Source: Escherichia phage W70
Strand: one strand, 5' to 3'
Sequence record: OP778610
Length of the DNA: 64,000 bases
The notes below the pieces were generated by a model. The model was not told the DNA's origin. It worked only from the letters and a program-made list of their open reading frames with translations, and did not search any database. Shown piece by piece: positions 9,303-16,959 of this stretch. The position numbers and the translations under genes are program-made. Position 1 is the first letter of the stretch, and each line of letters opens with the position of its first letter.

Positions 9303-9666
9303 AAATTTCAGTTTCATTTCAAAATTGGAAAATTTTTTATATCCACAAAAATATAGGGCTTGTCAAGGTCTTTGATAAGAAATTTTCAGGAGGTGAGAAT
9401 TATTCTCATTTGCAGAATAACGGGCAGGGGTGGTGATTGCTTCGTGAAACCGTCCTCATCACCATGAATATATAATAGCACCGTTTTTGATTAGAAAGCA
9501 ACAACATTTTAAAAATATTTTTCGGTAAATTTTGGCCGAGCCACCGGCGATCCACCTTACAACCTGGCGGCGATGCCTGGTATGTTAGCCCCGCCTTTAC
9601 GCCGTGGGGATGGCGATTGTTTTCCTATGTAAGCATTATGGCCCCCTGGCGGGGCCGTTGTCAAGA

Positions 9667-9933
9667 TTATTTTTTGTTTTCTTGCCAGGCCAGGACACCT
9701 AACCAAAAAATAGGATAACCGCGTTTATCTTTTGGTATGTTGCTTTCCCCGCCACCGCCTTGCATCCATTCTACGCCACTGTTAAACATTTCAAGCTGAT
9801 AAAGGTCGGTTATCTTTGTATCCTTAAGGTTAAGGATTGTTTCAACCTTTAAGCCTGTTGCACTCGCCACTTGGTGGACCGTTCCACCTTGCCATTTTAA
9901 AGCGTGCATGAGGTGTAGTGTAGTAGTTGTCAT
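9667..9933 (-). CDS. hypothetical protein (uncertain)
   Basis: 88-aa ORF inside otherwise non-coding region; weak SD AAGGG 11 nt upstream; hairpin GGCCCC-N5-GGGGCC just downstream (9640-9657). Confidence 0.3.
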   Translation of the reverse strand: MTTTTLHLMHALKWQGGTVHQVASATGLKVETILNLKDTKITDLYQLEMFNSGVEWMQGGGGESNIPKDKRGYPIFWLGVLAWQENKK

Positions 9934-10045
9934 GTTGTGTTGCCCTTTCTTTTGTTGTGCGCCCTGGTTGTCGCGGTAAAAAGACTATAAATGATCTTCC
10001 TTTATATAGCAAGGAAAAAGAAATTAAAAAAGATTAAAAATAATG

Positions 10046-10074
10046 TTGACGTAGTGAATCTGGTAGCGTAGTAT
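10046..10074 (+). promoter_or_regulatory. sigma70-like promoter (TTGACG-N17-TAGTAT)
   Basis: -35/-10 hexamers with 17-bp spacer upstream of first small-gene cluster. Confidence 0.45.
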
Positions 10075-10131
10075 TCATCTCATCGAACGGCGACATGCCA
10101 ACAAGTAAACAAATAAAAGGGCAACAACAAA

Positions 10132-10317
10132 ATGAATAAAAGAATTACAAACGTAAATCCTGGCGAACGTTTCCAACATGAGGGGCATTTGCACACTGTA
10201 GTAAGCAACAAAGAGCATACTGTAAGAGTAAATAGAAATATCTTGCAACTTCGCGATCGTTTTGGTATCGTACAGACTTACACTTTCGAAGCAAATAAAA
10301 CAGTTAAAACTTTCTGA
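10132..10317 (+). CDS. hypothetical small protein
   Basis: 61 aa; SD AAAAGGG upstream. Confidence 0.45.
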   Translation: MNKRITNVNPGERFQHEGHLHTVVSNKEHTVRVNRNILQLRDRFGIVQTYTFEANKTVKTF

Positions 10318-10328
10318 GGATTTTTAAA

Positions 10329-10664
10329 ATGGCACTAGTCACTAAGTATTTCATTGAAGGCCAGCAAGCGGCGCAACAAGGTTACAGCCGTGTTACTCGT
10401 TACAAGAAAGAAGAAAACAAGATTGAATTTTTCAAGGGTTACGATAGTGTAAACCGTGATGCAATGGTCCTACGCTTCGAATCCGATCCAGTGGGCAAGC
10501 CTGTTACCTCTTACCAGGCATCACCGCAGATTGTTTATGTTGGTACTGTTAAAGAATGTAACGACAAGTTAATCACTTTGAAGCAGGCCGATCGTGCGGG
10601 TTACTTTGTTGTTTACACTGCTGACGGTAAGCCTTACCAGTACGAAAGCAAATATTTTAAATAA
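10329..10664 (+). CDS. hypothetical protein
   Basis: 111 aa; SD GAGGA upstream. Confidence 0.5.
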   Translation: MALVTKYFIEGQQAAQQGYSRVTRYKKEENKIEFFKGYDSVNRDAMVLRFESDPVGKPVTSYQASPQIVYVGTVKECNDKLITLKQADRAGYFVVYTADGKPYQYESKYFK

Positions 10665-10670
10665 AAAGTA

Positions 10671-10727
10671 TTGACAGAAAGAAAGAAGTAAATTAAATTA
10701 TACCACGTAACGCCGCAATCGTGCGGC
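10671..10727 (+). promoter_or_regulatory. promoter cassette TTGACA-N17-TAAATT plus 5'-UTR hairpin GCCGCA-ATCG-TGCGGC
   Basis: consensus -35; hairpin between -10 and SD of 10746 gene. Confidence 0.5.
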
Positions 10728-10745
10728 AATAAAAACTGATAGGAA

Positions 10746-10967
10746 TTGAACAAAATGGCTAAAATCATCATTAAAAAATCCCGTGTATCTTCTGTTGCTC
10801 GCGTCGAAATGGTAAACACTATGCCAGGTTACCGGACTCGCGAGGAAGCCCGAAGCGTTGCAAAACAGATTAAAGCCCGTGGCTTAACTGTAAGTGCACC
10901 GACCAAAACACAAGAAGGATGGAAGGTATCTATTAAATCCGGTACACTGTCGATCAATAAACACTAA
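10746..10967 (+). CDS. hypothetical small basic protein
   Basis: 73 aa, Lys/Arg-rich. Confidence 0.5.
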   Translation: MNKMAKIIIKKSRVSSVARVEMVNTMPGYRTREEARSVAKQIKARGLTVSAPTKTQEGWKVSIKSGTLSINKH

Positions 10968-10983
10968 TAGCCAAAACATTAAC

Positions 10984-10999
10984 GGGGCAACTTTGCCCC
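10984..10999 (+). terminator. hairpin GGGGCAA-CT-TTGCCCC, weak terminator
   Basis: perfect GC stem after stop of 10746 gene; no clean U-tract. Confidence 0.3.
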
Positions 11000-11030
11000 T
11001 CACTAAATAACATTATCCAGGAGTATTAAC

Positions 11031-11189
11031 ATGACTAGCCAAAACACTAACATTGAAAAAATCAACATTACTAAAGAGCGTAAAGCATGGAATGAAACAT
11101 TAAATCTGAAAGGTAAGAAGCTGAATAAAACTAAACGCGATCGCAGTACAAAGCGGGCCTTTTGTGAATTTACAGCGGATCAAGAATGA
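11031..11189 (+). CDS. hypothetical small protein (52 aa)
   Basis: SD CAGGAG 7 nt upstream; ATGA overlap with next gene; not in ORF track. Confidence 0.45.
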   Translation: MTSQNTNIEKINITKERKAWNETLNLKGKKLNKTKRDRSTKRAFCEFTADQE

Positions 11190-11485
11190 TGATTAAAGTT
11201 ATTGCACTTACTGCCTTATTGTGTATACCATTTTTGGCGCACGGTACTAAGTTTTACGGTGCTAACTTGATAGATTGTAAAGCTCATATGCTGGACCATG
11301 AAACAGGCAACAAATTTGTTAAGCCTTTCCAGATCAATCCGGCGGTGTTTACTGACGGTGTTTTATATCAGGAAGGTAAAGCCAGTACGCTGATAATCCA
11401 TTACGATCCAGCGACAAAGAAAGGTAGTTTATCAATCCAGGTTGAAGGCGCGGAAGAGTTTTCAGGTAAAATAATCTGCAATTAA
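11186..11485 (+). CDS. hypothetical secreted protein (N-terminal signal peptide)
   Basis: MMIKVIALTALLCIPFLAHG hydrophobic leader; 99 aa. Confidence 0.5.
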   Translation: MMIKVIALTALLCIPFLAHGTKFYGANLIDCKAHMLDHETGNKFVKPFQINPAVFTDGVLYQEGKASTLIIHYDPATKKGSLSIQVEGAEEFSGKIICN

Positions 11486-11493
11486 TATGTTAA

Positions 11494-11522
11494 GGCCCGC
11501 CATTGTGCGGGCCTTTCTTTTA
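11494..11522 (+). terminator. rho-independent terminator
   Basis: GGCCCGC-CATTGT-GCGGGCC followed by TTTCTTTT. Confidence 0.65.
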
Positions 11523-11545
11523 TGAAAATAATTTTGAAAATGTTG

Positions 11546-11660
11546 TTGACAGCACCGATTAAAAGCGTATGATGTATTACATCAGGACGGGGAACCAAAC
11601 AAGTAACTCCCCGTTAAGTAGTCCAGGAGTAAGACATACGAAAACCTCCCCTGATAAAAT
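11546..11660 (+). promoter_or_regulatory. orphan promoter/UTR cassette without ORF (possible decayed gene or short transcript)
   Basis: TTGACA(11546)-N16-TATGAT, hairpin CGGGGA..TCCCCG, SD AGGAGTAAGAC followed by ATA instead of ATG (compare AGGAGTAAGAGAAATG at 16112-16130). Confidence 0.4.
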
Positions 11661-11663
11661 AGT

Positions 11664-11722
11664 TTGACAATAGTTTTTAGTACTGTATAATACATTACAT
11701 CAAGGGGAGAATAGTTCTCCCC
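11664..11722 (+). promoter_or_regulatory. promoter cassette TTGACA-N16-TATAAT plus hairpin GGGGAGAA-TAG-TTCTCCCC
   Basis: consensus hexamers; perfect 8-bp stem at 11704-11722 in 5' UTR. Confidence 0.55.
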
Positions 11723-11742
11723 ACATCAAAGGAATCAAAACA

Positions 11743-11970
11743 ATGGCTATCGTAATCACTCGCGTATCTGGTACAGTTGGCAATGCGGCAGTAGTAGCGG
11801 TTATCACTAATAAGAAAGGTGCGGAACTACATTTTGCAATGTATAACTGGTCAGTTGATGAGTTTGGTCAGTACGCTAGTGTAGAATACATTGAAACCTA
11901 TCAAGTGCCGTCGATTAGTTTAACTGATTTGGGCGTTGAGCGTATCCTTTGCCTGGATGAATTAAATTAA
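11743..11970 (+). CDS. hypothetical small protein
   Basis: 75 aa; SD AAAGGAA. Confidence 0.5.
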   Translation: MAIVITRVSGTVGNAAVVAVITNKKGAELHFAMYNWSVDEFGQYASVEYIETYQVPSISLTDLGVERILCLDELN

Positions 11971-11978
11971 AAAAGTAC

Positions 11979-12038
11979 TTGCAAAGTAAAACGAATAACG
12001 TATAATACATTACATCAAGGGGAGAAATGATTCTCCCC
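11979..12038 (+). promoter_or_regulatory. promoter cassette TTGCAA-N16-TATAAT plus hairpin GGGGAGAA-ATGA-TTCTCCCC
   Basis: near-duplicate of 11664 cassette. Confidence 0.5.
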
Positions 12039-12055
12039 ACTAAGAGGAAACTAAG

Positions 12056-12196
12056 ATGAAAACTTGCCAGTGTGGTAAAAAGTCTATTGCTGGTCTGCGT
12101 CGCGGTGTTGCTTTATGCCAGTATCATTACAATAGTCAAGTATGGGGTAAAACGTGGGCTGACCAGGTTGAAGCAGCAAAGAAAGCAAAAAAGTAA
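12056..12196 (+). CDS. hypothetical small Cys-containing protein (46 aa)
   Basis: SD AAGAGGAAA; MKTCQCGKKSIAGLRRGVALCQYHY...; not in ORF track. Confidence 0.45.
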   Translation: MKTCQCGKKSIAGLRRGVALCQYHYNSQVWGKTWADQVEAAKKAKK

Positions 12197-12254
12197 TTGA
12201 CAGCAGGAAGAAAAAGAGTAAACTGTATTACGTAGGGCGGCAATAGCGCCGCCA
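12197..12254 (+). promoter_or_regulatory. promoter cassette TTGACA-N16-TAAACT plus hairpin GGCGGC-N6-GCCGCC
   Basis: related to 16047 cassette (shared GAGTAAACTGTATTAC). Confidence 0.5.
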
Positions 12255-12274
12255 CATCAAAGAGAGAAATCAAA

Positions 12275-12493
12275 ATGGCTAATATCCGCACACTGTTAAA
12301 AAATGCAAAAGAAGTTTTATTTTCTGACGATGAATATTTTAATCGCAATATCAAAGGCGTTCGGAACATTAAGGATATAAAGGAATTATTTGGAATCAAA
12401 GGTAACGTATATCGTAAAGGATTGCACGGTAATAATTTTGAATATAAGTTGGCTGATAGTGATTATAATTTTACACTGACCATCATTAGTTGA
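12275..12493 (+). CDS. hypothetical small protein
   Basis: 72 aa; SD AGAGAGAAA. Confidence 0.5.
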   Translation: MANIRTLLKNAKEVLFSDDEYFNRNIKGVRNIKDIKELFGIKGNVYRKGLHGNNFEYKLADSDYNFTLTIIS

Positions 12494-12512
12494 AAGTTTT
12501 AATCTAGCGCTA

Positions 12513-12541
12513 TTGACTTAAGCCGATAGTGCTGGCATAAT
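12513..12541 (+). promoter_or_regulatory. promoter TTGACT-N17-CATAAT
   Basis: shares CATAATAACTTTTAT with 12806 promoter. Confidence 0.5.
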
Positions 12542-12573
12542 AACTTTTATCAAGAACATCAAAGGAAAGTAAA

Positions 12574-12786
12574 ATGGCTATCATTACTAAAATCAAAGTA
12601 AACAAAACACTGGTTAAGCTGGAAGAAGTGAAAGCAGGTTATAAAGTATCTTGGTGTGGCATGTATCGGATGTTCACAGATATAGACGATGCAATCAATT
12701 ACTACACTAACACGATTAAAAACTTTGTTCGTGCTGATGTGATTATTGCAGTGGAAGCACATAAAGCATCGAAAGAAAGTAAGTAA
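12574..12786 (+). CDS. hypothetical small protein
   Basis: 70 aa; SD AAAGGAAAG. Confidence 0.5.
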   Translation: MAIITKIKVNKTLVKLEEVKAGYKVSWCGMYRMFTDIDDAINYYTNTIKNFVRADVIIAVEAHKASKESK

Positions 12787-12805
12787 AATTATTACCACAG
12801 TACTA

Positions 12806-12834
12806 TTGACAACTACTGATAGTACTGACATAAT
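12806..12834 (+). promoter_or_regulatory. promoter TTGACA-N17-CATAAT
   Basis: duplicate of 12513 promoter. Confidence 0.5.
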
Positions 12835-12879
12835 AACTTTTATTAAGTACTACAAATCAAACAAAGAGAGAATACAATC

Positions 12880-13119
12880 ATGGCTAACAACAAAACTTTT
12901 AACGGTCACAAAAACAAAACTCATTGGAATGTTTCCTTGTGGATTAATAACGATGCATCACTGTATCGACTGGCTAATGATTTCATCGTCGCTAACACTA
13001 ATCGTAACGATGCGGCCCGTCATATGATGTTATTTTTAGAACAAACCGGACAACATAAAACACCGGACGGATTCAAGTATAGTACTACTGCAATCCGTGC
13101 CGCGATGGTTGGGATGTAA
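12880..13119 (+). CDS. hypothetical small protein
   Basis: 79 aa; SD AAAGAGAGAA. Confidence 0.5.
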   Translation: MANNKTFNGHKNKTHWNVSLWINNDASLYRLANDFIVANTNRNDAARHMMLFLEQTGQHKTPDGFKYSTTAIRAAMVGM

Positions 13120-13138
13120 TATTCAGTACTGAATCAAT

Positions 13139-13164
13139 GGCGGGGAATAGTTCCCGCCTTTACT
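13139..13164 (+). terminator. terminator-like hairpin
   Basis: GGCGGGGAA-TAG-TTCCCGCC followed by TTTACT. Confidence 0.45.
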
Positions 13165-13176
13165 GAGGATTATCTA

Positions 13177-13461
13177 ATGAGCAAAGTAATTAATAGTAAA
13201 GTACTGAGTAAAACATTAACACTCACTGAGTGCACCAATGGCTTTTGGCTATACGATTCTACCCGTGGCATGAATATAGCTATGCAAGCGAAATCAGAGG
13301 AGGCTGCATTTGTTGAAGCCCTGGGATACTATCAGAGACGTCTACAGGAAGTAGAAAACAATTACACCAGCCTTAAAGCGAAAGTAGACCATTTCATCGG
13401 GCAAGTGGTAGAAGATGATGAGGATGGTCACTATTGCGAACGCTGCGGATCTTACAGCTAA
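13177..13461 (+). CDS. hypothetical protein with C-terminal CxxC
   Basis: 94 aa; SD GAGGA upstream. Confidence 0.5.
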   Translation: MSKVINSKVLSKTLTLTECTNGFWLYDSTRGMNIAMQAKSEEAAFVEALGYYQRRLQEVENNYTSLKAKVDHFIGQVVEDDEDGHYCERCGSYS

Positions 13462-13469
13462 AAAAGTAG

Positions 13470-13528
13470 TTGACACAAAGAAACAAAACAAGTAAATTAA
13501 TCACATCAGGCGGGGAATGGACCCGCTA
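13470..13528 (+). promoter_or_regulatory. promoter cassette AAAAGTAGTTGACA-N17-TAAATT plus hairpin GCGGGGAATGGACCCGC
   Basis: near-identical (~50 bp) to cassette at 15587. Confidence 0.55.
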
Positions 13529-13548
13529 AAAGAGAAGAGAGAAATCAA

Positions 13549-13881
13549 ATGAGCTTTTTATCTATCGTACAGACTAACTTTGAAAATGATTTCATTGCTC
13601 AAGCTATCAACATCGACAAAGGTATCCCAAATATCAATTTTGGTTACAATAGCGGTGGTTATGAAAGATACCAGTATTTTGTAACTGACGATGGAAGTGT
13701 TTTAGGTATCAATACAGTGATGGCTAATATCCAAAACATTAATTTCAATGATCCCGATGAGCGCTCATTTTATATCGTCGGTATCCAGGTAAACTATGAA
13801 GATGATACGTTAACCGATGATTACACAGGTGAAGTATTAGAAAGTGTTTACGGTGATGAATCAGAAGAAGAAGAAGAATAA
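13549..13881 (+). CDS. hypothetical acidic protein
   Basis: 110 aa; poly-Glu C-terminus. Confidence 0.5.
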   Translation: MSFLSIVQTNFENDFIAQAINIDKGIPNINFGYNSGGYERYQYFVTDDGSVLGINTVMANIQNINFNDPDERSFYIVGIQVNYEDDTLTDDYTGEVLESVYGDESEEEEE

Positions 13882-13896
13882 GATTAGAAAAAGTAG

Positions 13897-13955
13897 TTGA
13901 CGGAAAGAGTATAAAGAAGTAAGATAATTAACGAATAGGGGGAAACATCTTCCCC
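13897..13955 (+). promoter_or_regulatory. promoter cassette AAAAGTAGTTGACG-N17-TAAGAT plus hairpin GGGGGAA-ACATC-TTCCCCC
   Basis: same upstream AAAAGTAG element as 13470 and 15587. Confidence 0.5.
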
Positions 13956-13980
13956 CATAAACAAAAAGAGAGATTGAAAA

Positions 13981-14163
13981 ATGACAGAACTGATTGCAAC
14001 TACAAAGATCGAAGGCGTTAACGATGTTACTTTGTCCTATGATCCTTCTACTCTGGTTTATGTTGTGAAATATGGCAGAATGATCGCAGAACTTGATTGC
14101 ATTGATGAGGCTTTCGAAAAATATTTCGAACTTATCAATATTGCTTATGATGACTACCGTTAA
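13981..14163 (+). CDS. hypothetical small protein
   Basis: 60 aa; SD AAAGAGAGA. Confidence 0.5.
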   Translation: MTELIATTKIEGVNDVTLSYDPSTLVYVVKYGRMIAELDCIDEAFEKYFELINIAYDDYR

Positions 14164-14193
14164 TATACAACGTAAAAATAGAAAGGTGATAAA

Positions 14194-14403
14194 ATGATCA
14201 ATGAAAAAACAATCAATGATGTTCGCGAGGAAGTTTTAGCCGTTGCTGTAGAATCGGGTGCACGTCAGGCATTTTGGAAAGCTACTGATCTTTACCCCGA
14301 GCAAGCCGAAAATATTCTTAATCAGGTCAGCGTTAAACTTGAACAAATAGGCAAACTGAAAACAAGTGAGCGCCTCGACCAAATCATTAAAGAAAGTTTT
14401 TGA
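14194..14403 (+). CDS. hypothetical small protein
   Basis: 69 aa; SD AAAGGTGA; no separate promoter, co-transcribed with 13981 gene. Confidence 0.5.
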   Translation: MINEKTINDVREEVLAVAVESGARQAFWKATDLYPEQAENILNQVSVKLEQIGKLKTSERLDQIIKESF

Positions 14404-14445
14404 TTGACTTTTAACATTGCCCCTATTAGTATTCAGGGGCAAGAT
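14404..14445 (+). promoter_or_regulatory. promoter TTGACT-N17-TAGTAT overlapping inverted repeat GCCCCT..AGGGGC
   Basis: -10 hexamer lies inside the inverted repeat at 14419-14440. Confidence 0.4.
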
Positions 14446-14467
14446 TAAAAGAAACAAGGACACAAAG

Positions 14468-14779
14468 ATGAACGATATTGTTAGCATTATAGGTTTACTG
14501 GGCGTAGGCTACGTCGCCACATCAATTACAATGAGTTACTTCAATAAAAGGCGTGATAAAATGTTTTGTTACTTTGAATACCGTTACCGTGGTAAGGTTG
14601 GATCATCCCGTGACTATGGTCCGATGTTAGAGATTGATGCGGTTGGCGCTATGCAGTATCGCCAGTCACTAGGGGCTGAAATAATTTTTGAAGTGTACCG
14701 CAGTACAGAAGAAGAGATCCACGACATTATTGACGAGCGTCAATATTACCACGAACAACAAACTAAACGCAGGGCTTAA
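14468..14779 (+). CDS. hypothetical membrane-anchored protein
   Basis: start moved to internal ATG with SD AAGGACACAAAG; N-terminal TM helix IVSIIGLLGVGYVATSI; 103 aa. Confidence 0.5.
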   Translation: MNDIVSIIGLLGVGYVATSITMSYFNKRRDKMFCYFEYRYRGKVGSSRDYGPMLEIDAVGAMQYRQSLGAEIIFEVYRSTEEEIHDIIDERQYYHEQQTKRRA

Positions 14780-14782
14780 CAT

Positions 14783-14920
14783 ATGACTAATACAAACCGA
14801 CAAAAAATCATCAAAACTAAAAAACTTGATTTCAATACTTATCAAGAATGCAAGAAGAAAGTAAAAGATAAGCGAGAGAACAAGCGGCACGAATGGATAA
14901 GCAATACAATCGATCTTTAA
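14783..14920 (+). CDS. hypothetical small basic protein (45 aa)
   Basis: ATG overlapping upstream stop; MTNTNRQKIIKTKKLDF...; not in ORF track. Confidence 0.35.
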   Translation: MTNTNRQKIIKTKKLDFNTYQECKKKVKDKRENKRHEWISNTIDL

Positions 14921-14929
14921 TATCAACCT

Positions 14930-14953
14930 AAGCCCACTATGTGGGCTTTTCTT
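14930..14953 (+). terminator. rho-independent terminator
   Basis: AAGCCCAC-TAT-GTGGGCTT followed by TTTTCTT. Confidence 0.7.
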
Positions 14954-14966
14954 ATGGAGAACAGAC

Positions 14967-15194
14967 ATGATTAATATTCTTTCACTTACAGAAGTGATCC
15001 GCTTCCTCAAAAACAACGCCCTGGGAACGTCTATAACGTATCTAATCCCGCAAGGTAAGGATTATGCCAGCGTTACACGTTCAATCACTGCTACGGCTTC
15101 CAGAGAAGAAATAAAGGTCAGCGTAAGCCAATTGTTGATTGTTGATCCGTCATCTTGCGAGACTATCCAGGCAGTAAAGATAATTAGAAAATAA
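14967..15194 (+). CDS. hypothetical small protein
   Basis: 75 aa; SD GGAGAA upstream. Confidence 0.45.
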   Translation: MINILSLTEVIRFLKNNALGTSITYLIPQGKDYASVTRSITATASREEIKVSVSQLLIVDPSSCETIQAVKIIRK

Positions 15195-15279
15195 TTTAAA
15201 AAACTTCTTGCATCCATTATTGAGAAGATGTACATTAGTTTCATCAAGACGAGATGATGACAATCAAAAGGTGATTACT

Positions 15280-15573
15280 ATGTTATACGAAGTTTTTGCG
15301 GGATTTTGTTTTTATGGTGCTGCCGCCGTTCGCCAATGTGATGATTATGTAGTTGAGTCATTCGATGATCCTTTGGCGTGTGAGATTGTTACTACGGCGT
15401 ATGAGCAAGATCGCCGTTGGATTAATCCGGCCTGTATCGCATCGCCTGAGGTTGAACCTATGCCGGAAGGTGAGGAATTAACAGAGGAAGACTTGCAAGA
15501 AGTAAAAGAAGTTATGAGCTACATGATTGATAATCTGGACGCTGAAAACTTACAACGGGCTTTGCAAAAATAA
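15280..15573 (+). CDS. hypothetical protein
   Basis: start moved to ATG with SD AAAAGGTGA (track ORF starts further upstream at 15208); 97 aa. Confidence 0.45.
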   Translation: MLYEVFAGFCFYGAAAVRQCDDYVVESFDDPLACEIVTTAYEQDRRWINPACIASPEVEPMPEGEELTEEDLQEVKEVMSYMIDNLDAENLQRALQK

Positions 15574-15586
15574 TTTGAAAAAGTAG

Positions 15587-15643
15587 TTGACTCAAAGAAG
15601 CAAAACAAGTAAATTATTCACATCAGGCGGGGAATGGCCCCGC
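15587..15643 (+). promoter_or_regulatory. promoter cassette AAAAGTAGTTGACT-N17-TAAATT plus hairpin GCGGGGAATGGCCCCGC
   Basis: duplicate of 13470 cassette. Confidence 0.55.
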
Positions 15644-15659
15644 TAAACAAAAAGAGATT

Positions 15660-16040
15660 ATGAAAATGGCTAAAAATACTAACGTTTGTGATTACGCTAA
15701 CCTGGTTACTCTGAATGCAGATTCTAAAATTAAACTAAGCGAGGTTGAAGCTATTCATATTCTGGCCCGTCGTTGGTTCCAACAATCATACGGCAATACT
15801 TATTTCTCTTTAAGTGTAGACGTGGAGATCGCTGGTAAATTGGTTCAAGTGGTTAGCGTGCCGTTCCAATATGGTTATGGTGATCATTTCGATACCGTGG
15901 CACTAGAAGAATTTAGCAAGGTTATCAACATGGAAGGCAAGGAGTTTTCACGCGGTAGCTATCTATCCCGTTTTTGCCGTGACAACAATATCCCTGTTTA
16001 TTCGAACGCCGTTGATGTTAAACGCAAAAAAGATATGTAA
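15660..16040 (+). CDS. hypothetical protein
   Basis: 126 aa; SD AAAAAGAG upstream. Confidence 0.5.
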   Translation: MKMAKNTNVCDYANLVTLNADSKIKLSEVEAIHILARRWFQQSYGNTYFSLSVDVEIAGKLVQVVSVPFQYGYGDHFDTVALEEFSKVINMEGKEFSRGSYLSRFCRDNNIPVYSNAVDVKRKKDM

Positions 16041-16046
16041 TTATTA

Positions 16047-16106
16047 TTGACAGTACAAAGAAAACGAGTAAACTGTATTACATAGAAAGCGGGAACACTT
16101 CCCGCT
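16047..16106 (+). promoter_or_regulatory. promoter cassette TTGACA-N16-TAAACT plus hairpin AGCGGGAA-CAC-TTCCCGCT
   Basis: related to 12197 cassette. Confidence 0.5.
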
Positions 16107-16127
16107 TATATTCTAGGAGTAAGAGAA

Positions 16128-16481
16128 ATGATCGAACAAATCAAAACTACGACGGCTAATGTAACGGGAACGGTAGCACACTTTACTAGTGATGAATCGC
16201 GGGGCGTTCCCTATTGTGCTGTACATGTAAACACTGAGGGTAACTACTGGTTTACGGTTTACGGATCATATTCATTTGGACGGCCAGGGCATCAAAAAAT
16301 TCTGGATAAAGTACAACCAACGGGTAAAAATATTACCGCTGAGATGTTTAATAAATCACTTGCAAAGTTAAAAGCACTGAAAGATTTTGGCTTTAAAGAT
16401 CTAGTTATCAAACGTGATGAAAAATTCCGCTTCCGTAATGATCTGGCAAATCGCTACTATGAAATCTATGAAGCACTTTAA
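16128..16481 (+). CDS. hypothetical protein
   Basis: 117 aa; SD TAGGAG upstream. Confidence 0.5.
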   Translation: MIEQIKTTTANVTGTVAHFTSDESRGVPYCAVHVNTEGNYWFTVYGSYSFGRPGHQKILDKVQPTGKNITAEMFNKSLAKLKALKDFGFKDLVIKRDEKFRFRNDLANRYYEIYEAL

Positions 16482-16487
16482 TAAAAA

Positions 16488-16510
16488 GGGCCGCAATAGC
16501 GGCCTTTTCT
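16488..16510 (+). terminator. rho-independent terminator
   Basis: GGGCCGC-AATA-GCGGCC followed by TTTTCT; a diverged copy without U-tract at 16806-16826. Confidence 0.65.
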
Positions 16511-16511
16511 A

Positions 16512-16540
16512 TTGACACCTGCTAACCATTCCTTTAATAT
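16512..16540 (+). promoter_or_regulatory. promoter TTGACA-N17-TAATAT
   Basis: immediately after the terminator. Confidence 0.5.
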
Positions 16541-16591
16541 GCATCTTGTAGGGCAAGCAATAACGCAAGCCCACAAATAGGACAAACTATT

Positions 16592-16789
16592 ATGACCATC
16601 GCTAATGAACTGATCGCCGTATTGAATGAAGCCAAATCTAATGAAATCGATGTACAGATCAAGGAATTACCCAATGGCCTGATAGGTTGCACTTGCACCT
16701 GTATCGGAAGTGACTACACAGAGGTAAGCTCTCTAGAATCTCTCATTCGTCACTTGAAATCAATAGTTGAAGATTGGAGAATCATCTAA
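16592..16789 (+). CDS. hypothetical small protein
   Basis: 65 aa; last gene of small-ORF battery. Confidence 0.5.
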   Translation: MTIANELIAVLNEAKSNEIDVQIKELPNGLIGCTCTCIGSDYTEVSSLESLIRHLKSIVEDWRII

Positions 16790-16959
16790 TAAACCAGGGG
16801 CCGCAATAGTGGCCCTTGTCATGTCCATCGGTGCGACTCTCCCAACCCTATTAATCCCTTCCCCATTTGGATCATCATAACTTACCTCATCTAATCATTA
16901 ATCTAATCCCCTTTGGAATCTCTCCCCCACAAATCTAAACTAATCTGATAGCTTACCAT

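Noticed and set aside
8840-10130. tRNA genes in the large intergenic regions (also checked 16800-17950 and 18450-19015)
   Set aside because: No T-loop GTTCRANYC-type motif with matching acceptor stem found by eye; this needs tRNAscan-SE to exclude formally.
10711-16106. GC-rich hairpins in the small-gene region as intrinsic terminators
   Set aside because: Most lie between the -10 and the SD and have no U-tract in either orientation; only those at 11494, 13139, 14930 and 16488 are followed by T-runs and were called terminators.
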